Below are positions 20,894 through 27,923 of a stretch of DNA of 38,934 nucleotides, piece by piece. The notes beneath the pieces are model-generated. The model worked only from the letters and a program-made list of their open reading frames with translations. It was not told the DNA's origin and made no database searches. The position numbers and the translations under genes are program-made. Positions within the stretch are counted from its first letter, which is position 1. Each line of letters begins with the position of its first letter. Source of the stretch: a virus (Duplodnaviria > Caudoviricetes); the IMG/VR virus record IMGVR_UViG_3300038314_001026, positions 1 through 38,934 of that record, one strand, 5' to 3'.

Positions 20894-21004
20894 CTAATTA
20901 AATATATTGTTGACAAGGGCATATACAAGAATACAAGCTACTATCACTATGAAGATCTTTAGCGTTGTTTTCATGCTGCCCCATATTTCTTTTATTTTAT
21001 CCAT
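20894..21004 (-). CDS. Small membrane protein, 36 aa (not in ORF track)
   Basis: MDKIKEIWGSMKTTLKIFIVIVACILVYALVNNIFN; SD AGGAGGT; one hydrophobic helix. Confidence 0.65.
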   Translation of the reverse strand: MDKIKEIWGSMKTTLKIFIVIVACILVYALVNNIFN

Positions 21005-21530
21005 AAGATTTTTTTAACCTCCTGTGCATCATGATAATCTATCTTGTTCTTATCATTTTGTACACCTGGAAACACATAAAATTCTAGACAGTACGTTGTT
21101 ATTATCCTTTTTTCTTCACATTCCTCTTACTATATATAGTAAATAATATATTGACATATTGTATTTATTAGCATTTACCAACGTTTTAAAAATATTTTTT
21201 TATTTTTTCCTATATATATTGTATTAATAACATTTATCCGTTTATCATTTCATTTTGTCCGTTAGCAAAATCCGCCCCCTATAGAACGAGTAGCTTGGCA
21301 TTTCACTTATCGGGTCCGCGCGCCCGTCGCCCCGGGCACCCGCGCCTGGGATCCGCGCCAAAAGGCAAAAAACGTTTTTATTTATCAAGGCAAATCGACG
21401 CACGATGAATGAGGAGAGGGAGAGGGAAGGCGTAAATTGAATAAACTCGAATGTTATTCAATGATGCGTTTGTTAATAAGATTTAAAATAAAATTAAAAA
21501 GCTTTAAATATTAAAATTAAATTTGTTCGT

Positions 21531-21543
21531 TATCAAGTACTTA
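21531..21543 (+). promoter_or_regulatory. IHF-consensus site
   Basis: TATCAAGTACTTA fits WATCAANNNNTTR exactly, with upstream A-tracts. Confidence 0.45.
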
Positions 21544-21627
21544 ACGGATAAATAAATTATTTTGTGTACAAACAGATAAAAACTATATTTAAGCTAAAAC
21601 ATAATAAAACTAACAAAGGAGTTTATT

Positions 21628-21870
21628 ATGGCGAAATTAACAAAAATCGTTGTTAATTTGCCCGAGGATTGGAAATCAGTGAAACTCCCGCCGCAAGCTG
21701 TTGCGATTTTAGAAACTTTAGAAAATCGTGATTACTCAGTTAGCGAAATGGTTGCGCATATTAAAGCAATCGCGGAAGCTGGCGATCTTGAAACCCGCCA
21801 AAGACCTTACAGGATCTTCCAATACTATCGAGCAAAATACATCGAAAACGACTTTATGAAACTTGCGTAA
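21628..21870 (+). CDS. Early protein, possible winged-helix; paralogue of 24364-24618
   Basis: SD AAGGAG; own terminator; KLPPQA..IL...TRQ...RIFQYY. Confidence 0.8.
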   Translation: MAKLTKIVVNLPEDWKSVKLPPQAVAILETLENRDYSVSEMVAHIKAIAEAGDLETRQRPYRIFQYYRAKYIENDFMKLA

Positions 21871-21882
21871 ATAAAAAACTAC

Positions 21883-21907
21883 AAAGCTCCCTTCGGGGAG
21901 CTTTTTT
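21883..21907 (+). terminator. Rho-independent terminator
   Basis: AAAGCTCCC-TTCG-GGGAGCTTT followed by a T-tract. Confidence 0.9.
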
Positions 21908-22006
21908 ATTTTTAGCTATATCTCCAGAAAAAATAATTATTTAGAATACAATAAAATCAATCTTATATATATATATTGATAATAATCGAACAAAGGAGGT
22001 GATCGA

Positions 22007-22189
22007 ATGCCAACTTTTAAACAAAAAGGTATGATCGCATATTTAATCGGCTTGAATGAAATCGATGTTCCAAAGGCTTCGGATTTGATTGATAAGCTGA
22101 TGGAGGCGAAAGATAAGCCGATAGGCGATAAACTTAAAATCGTAGAGACAGCTATTTCCGGGGATACTGAACAAAAAGCTGCGGCGTAA
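22007..22189 (+). CDS. Early hypothetical protein
   Basis: SD AAGGAGGTGA; 60 aa; followed by a terminator. Confidence 0.8.
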   Translation: MPTFKQKGMIAYLIGLNEIDVPKASDLIDKLMEAKDKPIGDKLKIVETAISGDTEQKAAA

Positions 22190-22211
22190 AAAATAAAACA
22201 CTAGACTAAAC

Positions 22212-22239
22212 AAAGGGGCGTCTTCGGGCGCCCTTTTTT
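22212..22239 (+). terminator. Rho-independent terminator
   Basis: AAAGGGGCGTC-TTCG-GGCGCCCTTTTTT. Confidence 0.9.
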
Positions 22240-22488
22240 AATTATCTATATATATAGAGAAAAAAATAAAAAAAAATAAAAAAAATAACTAAAAAGTACC
22301 AATACAACCAATAACAGATAAATTACTAACCGTTAAGTAATTGCAATCGTTAAATATTATTCTGTATTAGTTCTATTATTATCAGTGTCTTTCAGACAAT
22401 AATTGTAATACAAGAGAATAGAAACCTCGTTGACACCCATAGGGTTAATTAACGTAAACGGGGTTTCCGTCAACCGGAGGAGGTTTAT

Positions 22489-22593
22489 ATGGATCGTGAT
22501 GATCTGATTATCTTCTTCTTAATGCTGGCAGTACCACTAGGAGCCTGGTTTATAGTATGGTTACTAGTTCAAGCCAGTCTTCTCTTTGGTTAG
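22489..22593 (+). CDS. Small membrane protein, 34 aa (not in ORF track)
   Basis: MDRDDLIIFFLMLAVPLGAWFIVWLLVQASLLFG; SD GGAGGAGG. Confidence 0.65.
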   Translation: MDRDDLIIFFLMLAVPLGAWFIVWLLVQASLLFG

Positions 22594-22610
22594 CCAGAGA
22601 AAGGAGAACT

Positions 22611-23561
22611 ATGGTTGCAAACGTTGAAAGTATGGCTTATGCGGGAAAGGTGCCGTGGCACGGACTCGGCGAAAAGGTCGGTGACGATCTAACGCCAATC
22701 CAAATGGCACGCAACGCTGGTCTCGACTGGACAGTTGAGAAGAAGCCATTTTATAATCCTATAACGGACAAACTGTCAACTGACTGGTTTGTTCTTGTTA
22801 GGGGATCAGATGGGCAAGAGCTAAGCCCTTGTGGCAGGAGCTATGTTCCTACACAAAATGAAGAGGCTTTGAGCTTTTTCCAGACATTTGTTAAGTCTGG
22901 GAATATGACAATGGAGACTGCGGGTTCCCTCGACGGGGGCCGTATTATCTGGGGTCTCGCTAAGACGACAGCGAGCTTTGAGCTTCCTGGCAAGGATAAG
23001 GTTGATTCTTATCTGTTGCTGGTCTCACCGCATATCTGGGGAAAATCTCTCAAGATCATGTGGTCGGGGATAAGGGTCGTGTGCTGGAACACGTTGATGA
23101 TGGCGCTTGGAAGTGCGAGTGAGCAGTTTTCTGCCCCGCATATCCGGGAGTTTGACTTTGGCGTGCAAGAAAAGGCCGCGGAGGCGCTCGGACTTGCAGA
23201 CGTAAGGATGGAGGAGTTCAAGGAACAGGCGACCCTTCTTTCAGGTACAAGGTACAAGGAAGAAGATTTGTTTAAGTTTTGGATGCTCTTATTCCAGCCT
23301 TCGTTGAAAAACGAGGCAACGCTCACTCCTGAGATGTTTGGCAGGACACTTAAGCTTTTAAGTGAACTGCATTACTCCCAACCGGGGTCAAACATGTCGG
23401 AGGGGACATGGTGGCAGGCTTTAAATGGCGTCACTTACTACCTTGATCATGAGGCAGGAAGAGACCGCGATGCAAGCCTGACGTCAGCATGGCTTGGCCA
23501 ACGTGCCGCTACGAAAAGGCGCGCTTTGTCAAGTGCAGTTGAATTTGCGAAGGCTGCGTAA
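22611..23561 (+). CDS. DUF932-family phage/plasmid protein
   Basis: Start ATG 22611 after AAGGAG; PWHGLG, AGLDWTV, QNEEA..FF, ETAGSLDGGR, RVVCWNTL, GTWWQALNGVT motifs. Confidence 0.85.
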   Translation: MVANVESMAYAGKVPWHGLGEKVGDDLTPIQMARNAGLDWTVEKKPFYNPITDKLSTDWFVLVRGSDGQELSPCGRSYVPTQNEEALSFFQTFVKSGNMTMETAGSLDGGRIIWGLAKTTASFELPGKDKVDSYLLLVSPHIWGKSLKIMWSGIRVVCWNTLMMALGSASEQFSAPHIREFDFGVQEKAAEALGLADVRMEEFKEQATLLSGTRYKEEDLFKFWMLLFQPSLKNEATLTPEMFGRTLKLLSELHYSQPGSNMSEGTWWQALNGVTYYLDHEAGRDRDASLTSAWLGQRAATKRRALSSAVEFAKAA

Positions 23562-23891
23562 GTGACGGCAAAACACAGCCATGAATATAGCTCCACCTTA
23601 AAGGTGGGGCAAATCTGGCGCGATTGTTATAAATCGCGCTGGAAGGTGAGGGCGATAGCTGAAGATCAGTCTGGCGTCCTCATCTGCCGCGAGGATAACC
23701 AGTTTCGGGGTGTGTCAATGGCAGGCTTCGTTGACAGGTATGAGTGCGCGGAACCTTACCATATCGACGATATACATCATGACGTAAACGATGTATATAC
23801 GCAGTATGACGAGGGAAAGATAACGTCTGTAGAGGCGAAGGACCTTATGGTAAAAATTGGCAACCATATTGTAAAGGACGTTATAGTTTAA
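23562..23891 (+). CDS. Hypothetical protein
   Basis: 109-aa ORF abutting the upstream stop; start uncertain. Confidence 0.5.
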   Translation: MTAKHSHEYSSTLKVGQIWRDCYKSRWKVRAIAEDQSGVLICREDNQFRGVSMAGFVDRYECAEPYHIDDIHHDVNDVYTQYDEGKITSVEAKDLMVKIGNHIVKDVIV

Positions 23892-23912
23892 CAGTTGGGC
23901 GAGGGAATAAAA

Positions 23913-24128
23913 ATGGATATTAATAAACCAGAAGGCATGCCCGATTCCCAGAGCTCAAACTCCTTTGATCCCGGGCATGCCGCTCAATGCAAGGCATGCG
24001 ACAGGCCTGCAGTTGTAGAGGATCCCCCTGGAAAGTTCTACTGCAGGGATCACCACACCTTATTCAGCTTTACAAGAAAAGATTACTGGTCTCACCCAGA
24101 GGCAACAGGTTATACAGAAAAGAGATAG
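23913..24128 (+). CDS. Small putative Zn-binding protein
   Basis: CKAC...YCRDHH (CxxC/CxxH); ATG 23913 after GAGGG. Confidence 0.55.
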   Translation: MDINKPEGMPDSQSSNSFDPGHAAQCKACDRPAVVEDPPGKFYCRDHHTLFSFTRKDYWSHPEATGYTEKR

Positions 24129-24148
24129 CGGAATAATATTTTATTCCG

Positions 24149-24176
24149 TTTACTATTTTTTCAAACAATATACTAT
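24149..24176 (+). promoter_or_regulatory. Putative sigma70-type promoter
   Basis: TTTACT-16 bp-TACTAT in an AT-rich gap, just after the inverted repeat CGGAATAA-TATT-TTATTCCG (24129-24148). Confidence 0.4.
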
Positions 24177-24183
24177 TTTTTAT

Positions 24184-24356
24184 GTCAGCAAGTGTGGGTT
24201 AAATCCCATGCAGGACTGACTGTCGACAACCCTAATGTCAGGCAGGTAGCATAAATGTACTAGCTTTACGTAGAGCTACCGAATTTGACGGGGGCATGGG
24301 AGAGATGTATAAACGGGGGCAACTTCGGCTCATCTCTCCTATAACTATAAGAGAGG
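24184..24356 (+). ncRNA. Structured RNA / leader upstream of the nucleotide-modification operon
   Basis: Three consecutive stem-loops (24184-24220, 24221-24296, 24296-24341), a GCAA tetraloop and an alternative anti-SD pairing. Confidence 0.55.
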
Positions 24357-24363
24357 AAAAACG

Positions 24364-24618
24364 ATGAAAAAGGAGAATTGGACATACATCGATACAAGCA
24401 TAAAGGCTCCGCCATATCCTAAGCTGCCAAATCAGGCAAAAAACATCCTTGATATTATTAAAGAGAAGGGGACCTTGTCCCGACCTGAGCTTCTAGGTGA
24501 GATGCAATCTCGCGTTAAGACGAAGCAAAGGGGAGGCGCAAACCGCATCCTTGCATACTATCAAGGCTTATTGGCGAGATATAGCTTAATCGAGGTTCGT
24601 AAGACCTTTAAAATTTAG
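24364..24618 (+). CDS. Basic possible winged-helix protein; paralogue of 21628-21870
   Basis: KLPNQA..IL...TKQ...RILAYY; SD GAGG. Confidence 0.75.
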   Translation: MKKENWTYIDTSIKAPPYPKLPNQAKNILDIIKEKGTLSRPELLGEMQSRVKTKQRGGANRILAYYQGLLARYSLIEVRKTFKI

Positions 24619-24630
24619 AAAGGAGAGCTT

Positions 24631-25542
24631 ATGGCAAATGCCAGAGGACAGACGACTGACAAGACTCACTTGAGCATTGATCAGGCTGAGGTTCGTGGCT
24701 TTCTGCACCGTGACTACATTGCGCACTGCTTTAGGTGGTCTCATATCTGCAAGTATCTGAATGAGAAGAACCGCTATAAGAAGGCACGCATACTAGACGT
24801 GGGATGTGGGAAGGACATGCCCTTGGCAAAGACGTTAATGACAAGCAGGATGTCTCCTGAGTTCTACCTAGGGGTAGACTTCAACAAGATGGACGTTCCT
24901 GAGATGTTCCTGCATACTAAATTTCAACCGCGACTGTGGGCGCCGTTAGATTTTTCAAAGTGCTACCTAGATGATTACAACGACCCAGAATACACGCAGT
25001 TCAACTACACAGCATGCCTAGAGGTACTAGAGCATGTGGAGCCGTGGAAGGCGATAAAGATACTTAGGCAAATTCCACACCTCACAACTGACAGTGCAAT
25101 CTCTTGGTTTTCAACACCATGCTACGACGAGAAGGTCGGTGCGGCAAAGAATCATGTCAACGAGATGACATATCACGCATTTGGGGCATTGCTAGAGGAC
25201 TGTGGCTACAAGATATTGAAGCACTGGGGCACGTTTGCCTCAATAAAAGACTACAAGCATGAGCTAGAGGTAAACAATTACCTTGACATATTTGAAAAAC
25301 TCCGTGATTATTATGACACCAATGTCTTGGCGACAATATTTGCACCTTGCTTTCCTGCTAATGCAAGAAACGTCTTATGGGAAACGCAGTATGTAGGCAA
25401 GCTACATCTAAAAGAAAGACGCTTTACGCCTATTATTCACCAGGAAGGACGCTGGGGCTCAAGCGAGAGCTGGAGAGAATTGCGTCACATTAAAGTACAA
25501 GAAGAAGACATGAATGAAGAACCAATGACAAAGGTGCTATAA
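24631..25542 (+). CDS. Class I SAM-dependent methyltransferase (small-molecule type)
   Basis: ILDVGCG motif I, YLGVD motif II, LEVLEHV, FSTP, NHVNE. Confidence 0.85.
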   Translation: MANARGQTTDKTHLSIDQAEVRGFLHRDYIAHCFRWSHICKYLNEKNRYKKARILDVGCGKDMPLAKTLMTSRMSPEFYLGVDFNKMDVPEMFLHTKFQPRLWAPLDFSKCYLDDYNDPEYTQFNYTACLEVLEHVEPWKAIKILRQIPHLTTDSAISWFSTPCYDEKVGAAKNHVNEMTYHAFGALLEDCGYKILKHWGTFASIKDYKHELEVNNYLDIFEKLRDYYDTNVLATIFAPCFPANARNVLWETQYVGKLHLKERRFTPIIHQEGRWGSSESWRELRHIKVQEEDMNEEPMTKVL

Positions 25543-25543
25543 G

Positions 25544-25942
25544 ATGACATTTAAAGTTAGAGAGCCTGTGTTAGACGTGGTGTCTTGCTTCAGTGATGTT
25601 GCAAGCTTTCACATTAAGAATGGACTAGGGTATGCTGGACCGGTGCGCGACCTTCCAAAGGAGATCCAGGTTGCGAGGATCAGGCACCTCAGAGAGGAGC
25701 TTGCGGAACTTATTGTAGGACTTGAGGATAATAATAGAGAGTCAATCCTTGACGCCTGCATTGATCTTGTTTATGTCGCAATTGGGACAGCATACCTTCA
25801 TGGTTTTGACCTAGAGGAGGCATGGAAACGTGTCCAAAAGGCAAACATGTCAAAAATAAGACAAAAGACGGAGAGGTCAGACTGGGATATTGTCAAGCCA
25901 CCAGGGTGGAAGGCGCCAGACCTTAAAGACCTTGCAGAATGA
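25544..25942 (+). CDS. MazG-like nucleotide pyrophosphohydrolase
   Basis: LREELAEL, DACIDLVYVAIG, VQKANMSK, KPPGWKAPDL motifs. Confidence 0.9.
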   Translation: MTFKVREPVLDVVSCFSDVASFHIKNGLGYAGPVRDLPKEIQVARIRHLREELAELIVGLEDNNRESILDACIDLVYVAIGTAYLHGFDLEEAWKRVQKANMSKIRQKTERSDWDIVKPPGWKAPDLKDLAE

Positions 25943-26103
25943 CACCTAATGAGGAATTGTTTTGGACAAGGGTTAGAAGGCTTAAGAAGATGATCAGGAA
26001 GATCAACCATAAGAAAGATCCTGCATATAAGGCAATGTGGAAGAGAAAGCTTGTAGAGATTACAAAGAGCATTGGAAAAAAGGAGTGTACGAATGGAAAA
26101 TAG
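25939..26103 (+). CDS. Small basic protein, 54 aa (not in ORF track)
   Basis: MTPNEELFWTRVRRLKKMIRKINHKKDPAYKAMWKRKLVEITKSIGKKECTNGK; ATGA overlap upstream, stop abuts the next ATG. Confidence 0.7.
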   Translation: MTPNEELFWTRVRRLKKMIRKINHKKDPAYKAMWKRKLVEITKSIGKKECTNGK

Positions 26104-27102
26104 ATGGGCAACATCATAGTACTAGAGGGACCAGATGCCGTGGGCAAGACAACACTTGCCAAGGCATTCAATGAGCACAGCAAGGACCCTGTCAAGTACC
26201 TCCATCTTAGCTATAGGTGGAAGGACAAGATCTTTGACTATCATACTGCAGCAATGAAGCTTGCATCACGCTGGGCATATAACGGATACAATGTCTTGAT
26301 TGACAGGTGGTGGCCAAGTGAGGCATGCTACGCAACTGTCTATCGGAACGGTTCACCGTGGCCATTGCAGGGAAGGATGCATGATCGTGTAATGCTGAAA
26401 TATGGCGGACATTATGTCTATTGCCTTCCTGATGAAGATACAATAAAGAGGTTTGAGAAGCTAAAGACGCAGCGAGAAGAGTATGCAGACAATATTGATA
26501 AGGTATGCCAGATGTATAAGGATCTATACTTCGGCAACAGAACGGCAAAAGATGAGGGAAATTTCGCTCATAAGATGATCAAGAGTGGCGGAGTAGGGAC
26601 ATTGCCATATGTACGTATGTATACAATTAACCGTTGGGGAAGCCATCTTAAGGAATATGTCGAAAATGTGTTAAAACATGCTACAAGGTGGAGGGAGCGA
26701 CAGTACTATAAGGCGCTTAATCCTGACTACCATAACTTTGTAGGCTATCTTCCTACGGCAAAATATCTGTTTGTAGGAGATCAGGTCAGGCCAAAGAAGC
26801 ACATGTACTGGCCGTTCATAGAGTATGGAAACAGCAGCCTGCACATTACAAAGGCACTAGATGAGCTCTGGTTTAATGAGATGGAAGGTATCTGGGCAAA
26901 TGCCTATGACGAAAAAGGCAACCCTAACCATGATTTAGCTGAAATTATCAGTTTTAATCCGAAGATAAAGGTGATACTATTAGGTAAATCAGCCGCTAAG
27001 GTGGCAGAGACCTTTGGGATAAAAGGTGAGTTAATATATCATCCCCAGTGGTTTAGAAGATTTAATGAAGACTTAACCTCAGCACTAAGGGAGGTGATTT
27101 GA
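26104..27102 (+). CDS. dNMP (thymidylate-type) kinase fused to a C-terminal UDG-like domain
   Basis: IIVLEGPDAVGKTT P-loop and LIDRW..SE; C-terminal LFVGDQ, WPF, VILLGKSA, YHPQW. Confidence 0.75.
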   Translation: MGNIIVLEGPDAVGKTTLAKAFNEHSKDPVKYLHLSYRWKDKIFDYHTAAMKLASRWAYNGYNVLIDRWWPSEACYATVYRNGSPWPLQGRMHDRVMLKYGGHYVYCLPDEDTIKRFEKLKTQREEYADNIDKVCQMYKDLYFGNRTAKDEGNFAHKMIKSGGVGTLPYVRMYTINRWGSHLKEYVENVLKHATRWRERQYYKALNPDYHNFVGYLPTAKYLFVGDQVRPKKHMYWPFIEYGNSSLHITKALDELWFNEMEGIWANAYDEKGNPNHDLAEIISFNPKIKVILLGKSAAKVAETFGIKGELIYHPQWFRRFNEDLTSALREVI

Positions 27103-27923
27103 TGGACGTAACAGACCTACATGGAAGGACCGCCAATGATGAGTGGTTTACGACACTATGCCTATTGATGAGAAAGTCTAAGTCTCACGAGGTTGACCCC
27201 AAGGGGAAAAAGACACTCGAGATACTTAATCATTCTACAATTGTCAACATGAAAGAGCCAGTTGTGACCTATGAAAAAAGACGTCTAGGCTACAAGTTCA
27301 TGGCTGCAGAGGCATATTGGATATTAACTGGAAGAAATGATGTTGATTTTATAGGTGAATACTCTAAGCAGATATCTCAATTCTCTGATGACGGATATTT
27401 CTTTAATGGAGCATATGGACCAAGGATTGTAGACCAATTAACATACGTTGTAAATGAATTAATGCGAGATATTCATACAAGGCAGGCTGTCATGACGATA
27501 TGGAGGCCTAATCCAAGGCCATCAGTTGATATTCCTTGCACAATCTCAGTTCAATTCATGGTAAGAAATGATAAGCTTCACATTTTTGACACAATGCGAA
27601 GCAGTGACATCTGGCTAGGATGGCCGTATGATGTGTTTAATTTTACAGCACTTGCCGTCTATGTCGCTCTTCTTTATAAGATGAAGACAAAAAGGGTCTT
27701 AGACCTAGGAAATTTATATCTTACTGCTGCAAGCCAGCATCTGTATGAGTCAGACATGGACGCAGCACTTGAGGTTGTAAGTGATGCAACAAAATGGACA
27801 CCGTTGCACTTTAATGTGCACCAGTTTGAAAACCCTAACCAGTTATTGCAGTGGTTGCATATACTGGCTAAAAAGAATGGAGTGATAGATACATATGTTC
27901 CCGATAAGCAAACCAATCAGTGA
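27102..27923 (+). CDS. Thymidylate-synthase-family enzyme, dCMP (hydroxy)methylase type
   Basis: AYGPRI, TRQAV, DIPCT (catalytic Cys), MRSSDIWLGWPYD, SQHLY; Asp at the dUMP/dCMP specificity position. Confidence 0.85.
   Translation: MDVTDLHGRTANDEWFTTLCLLMRKSKSHEVDPKGKKTLEILNHSTIVNMKEPVVTYEKRRLGYKFMAAEAYWILTGRNDVDFIGEYSKQISQFSDDGYFFNGAYGPRIVDQLTYVVNELMRDIHTRQAVMTIWRPNPRPSVDIPCTISVQFMVRNDKLHIFDTMRSSDIWLGWPYDVFNFTALAVYVALLYKMKTKRVLDLGNLYLTAASQHLYESDMDAALEVVSDATKWTPLHFNVHQFENPNQLLQWLHILAKKNGVIDTYVPDKQTNQ

Noticed and set aside
22430-22460. TTGACA as a canonical sigma70 promoter
   Set aside because: No acceptable -10 hexamer at 16-18 bp spacing.
24192-24211. GTGGGTTAAATCCCA as a tRNA T-arm
   Set aside because: The loop is 6 nt and lacks TTC; no D-arm, anticodon arm or acceptor stem can be built around it.
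24245-24280. TAAATGTACTAGCT as a SAM-II riboswitch 3' strand
   Set aside because: The upstream U-rich partner and P1 arrangement of SAM-II are missing; kept only as an unclassified structured RNA.
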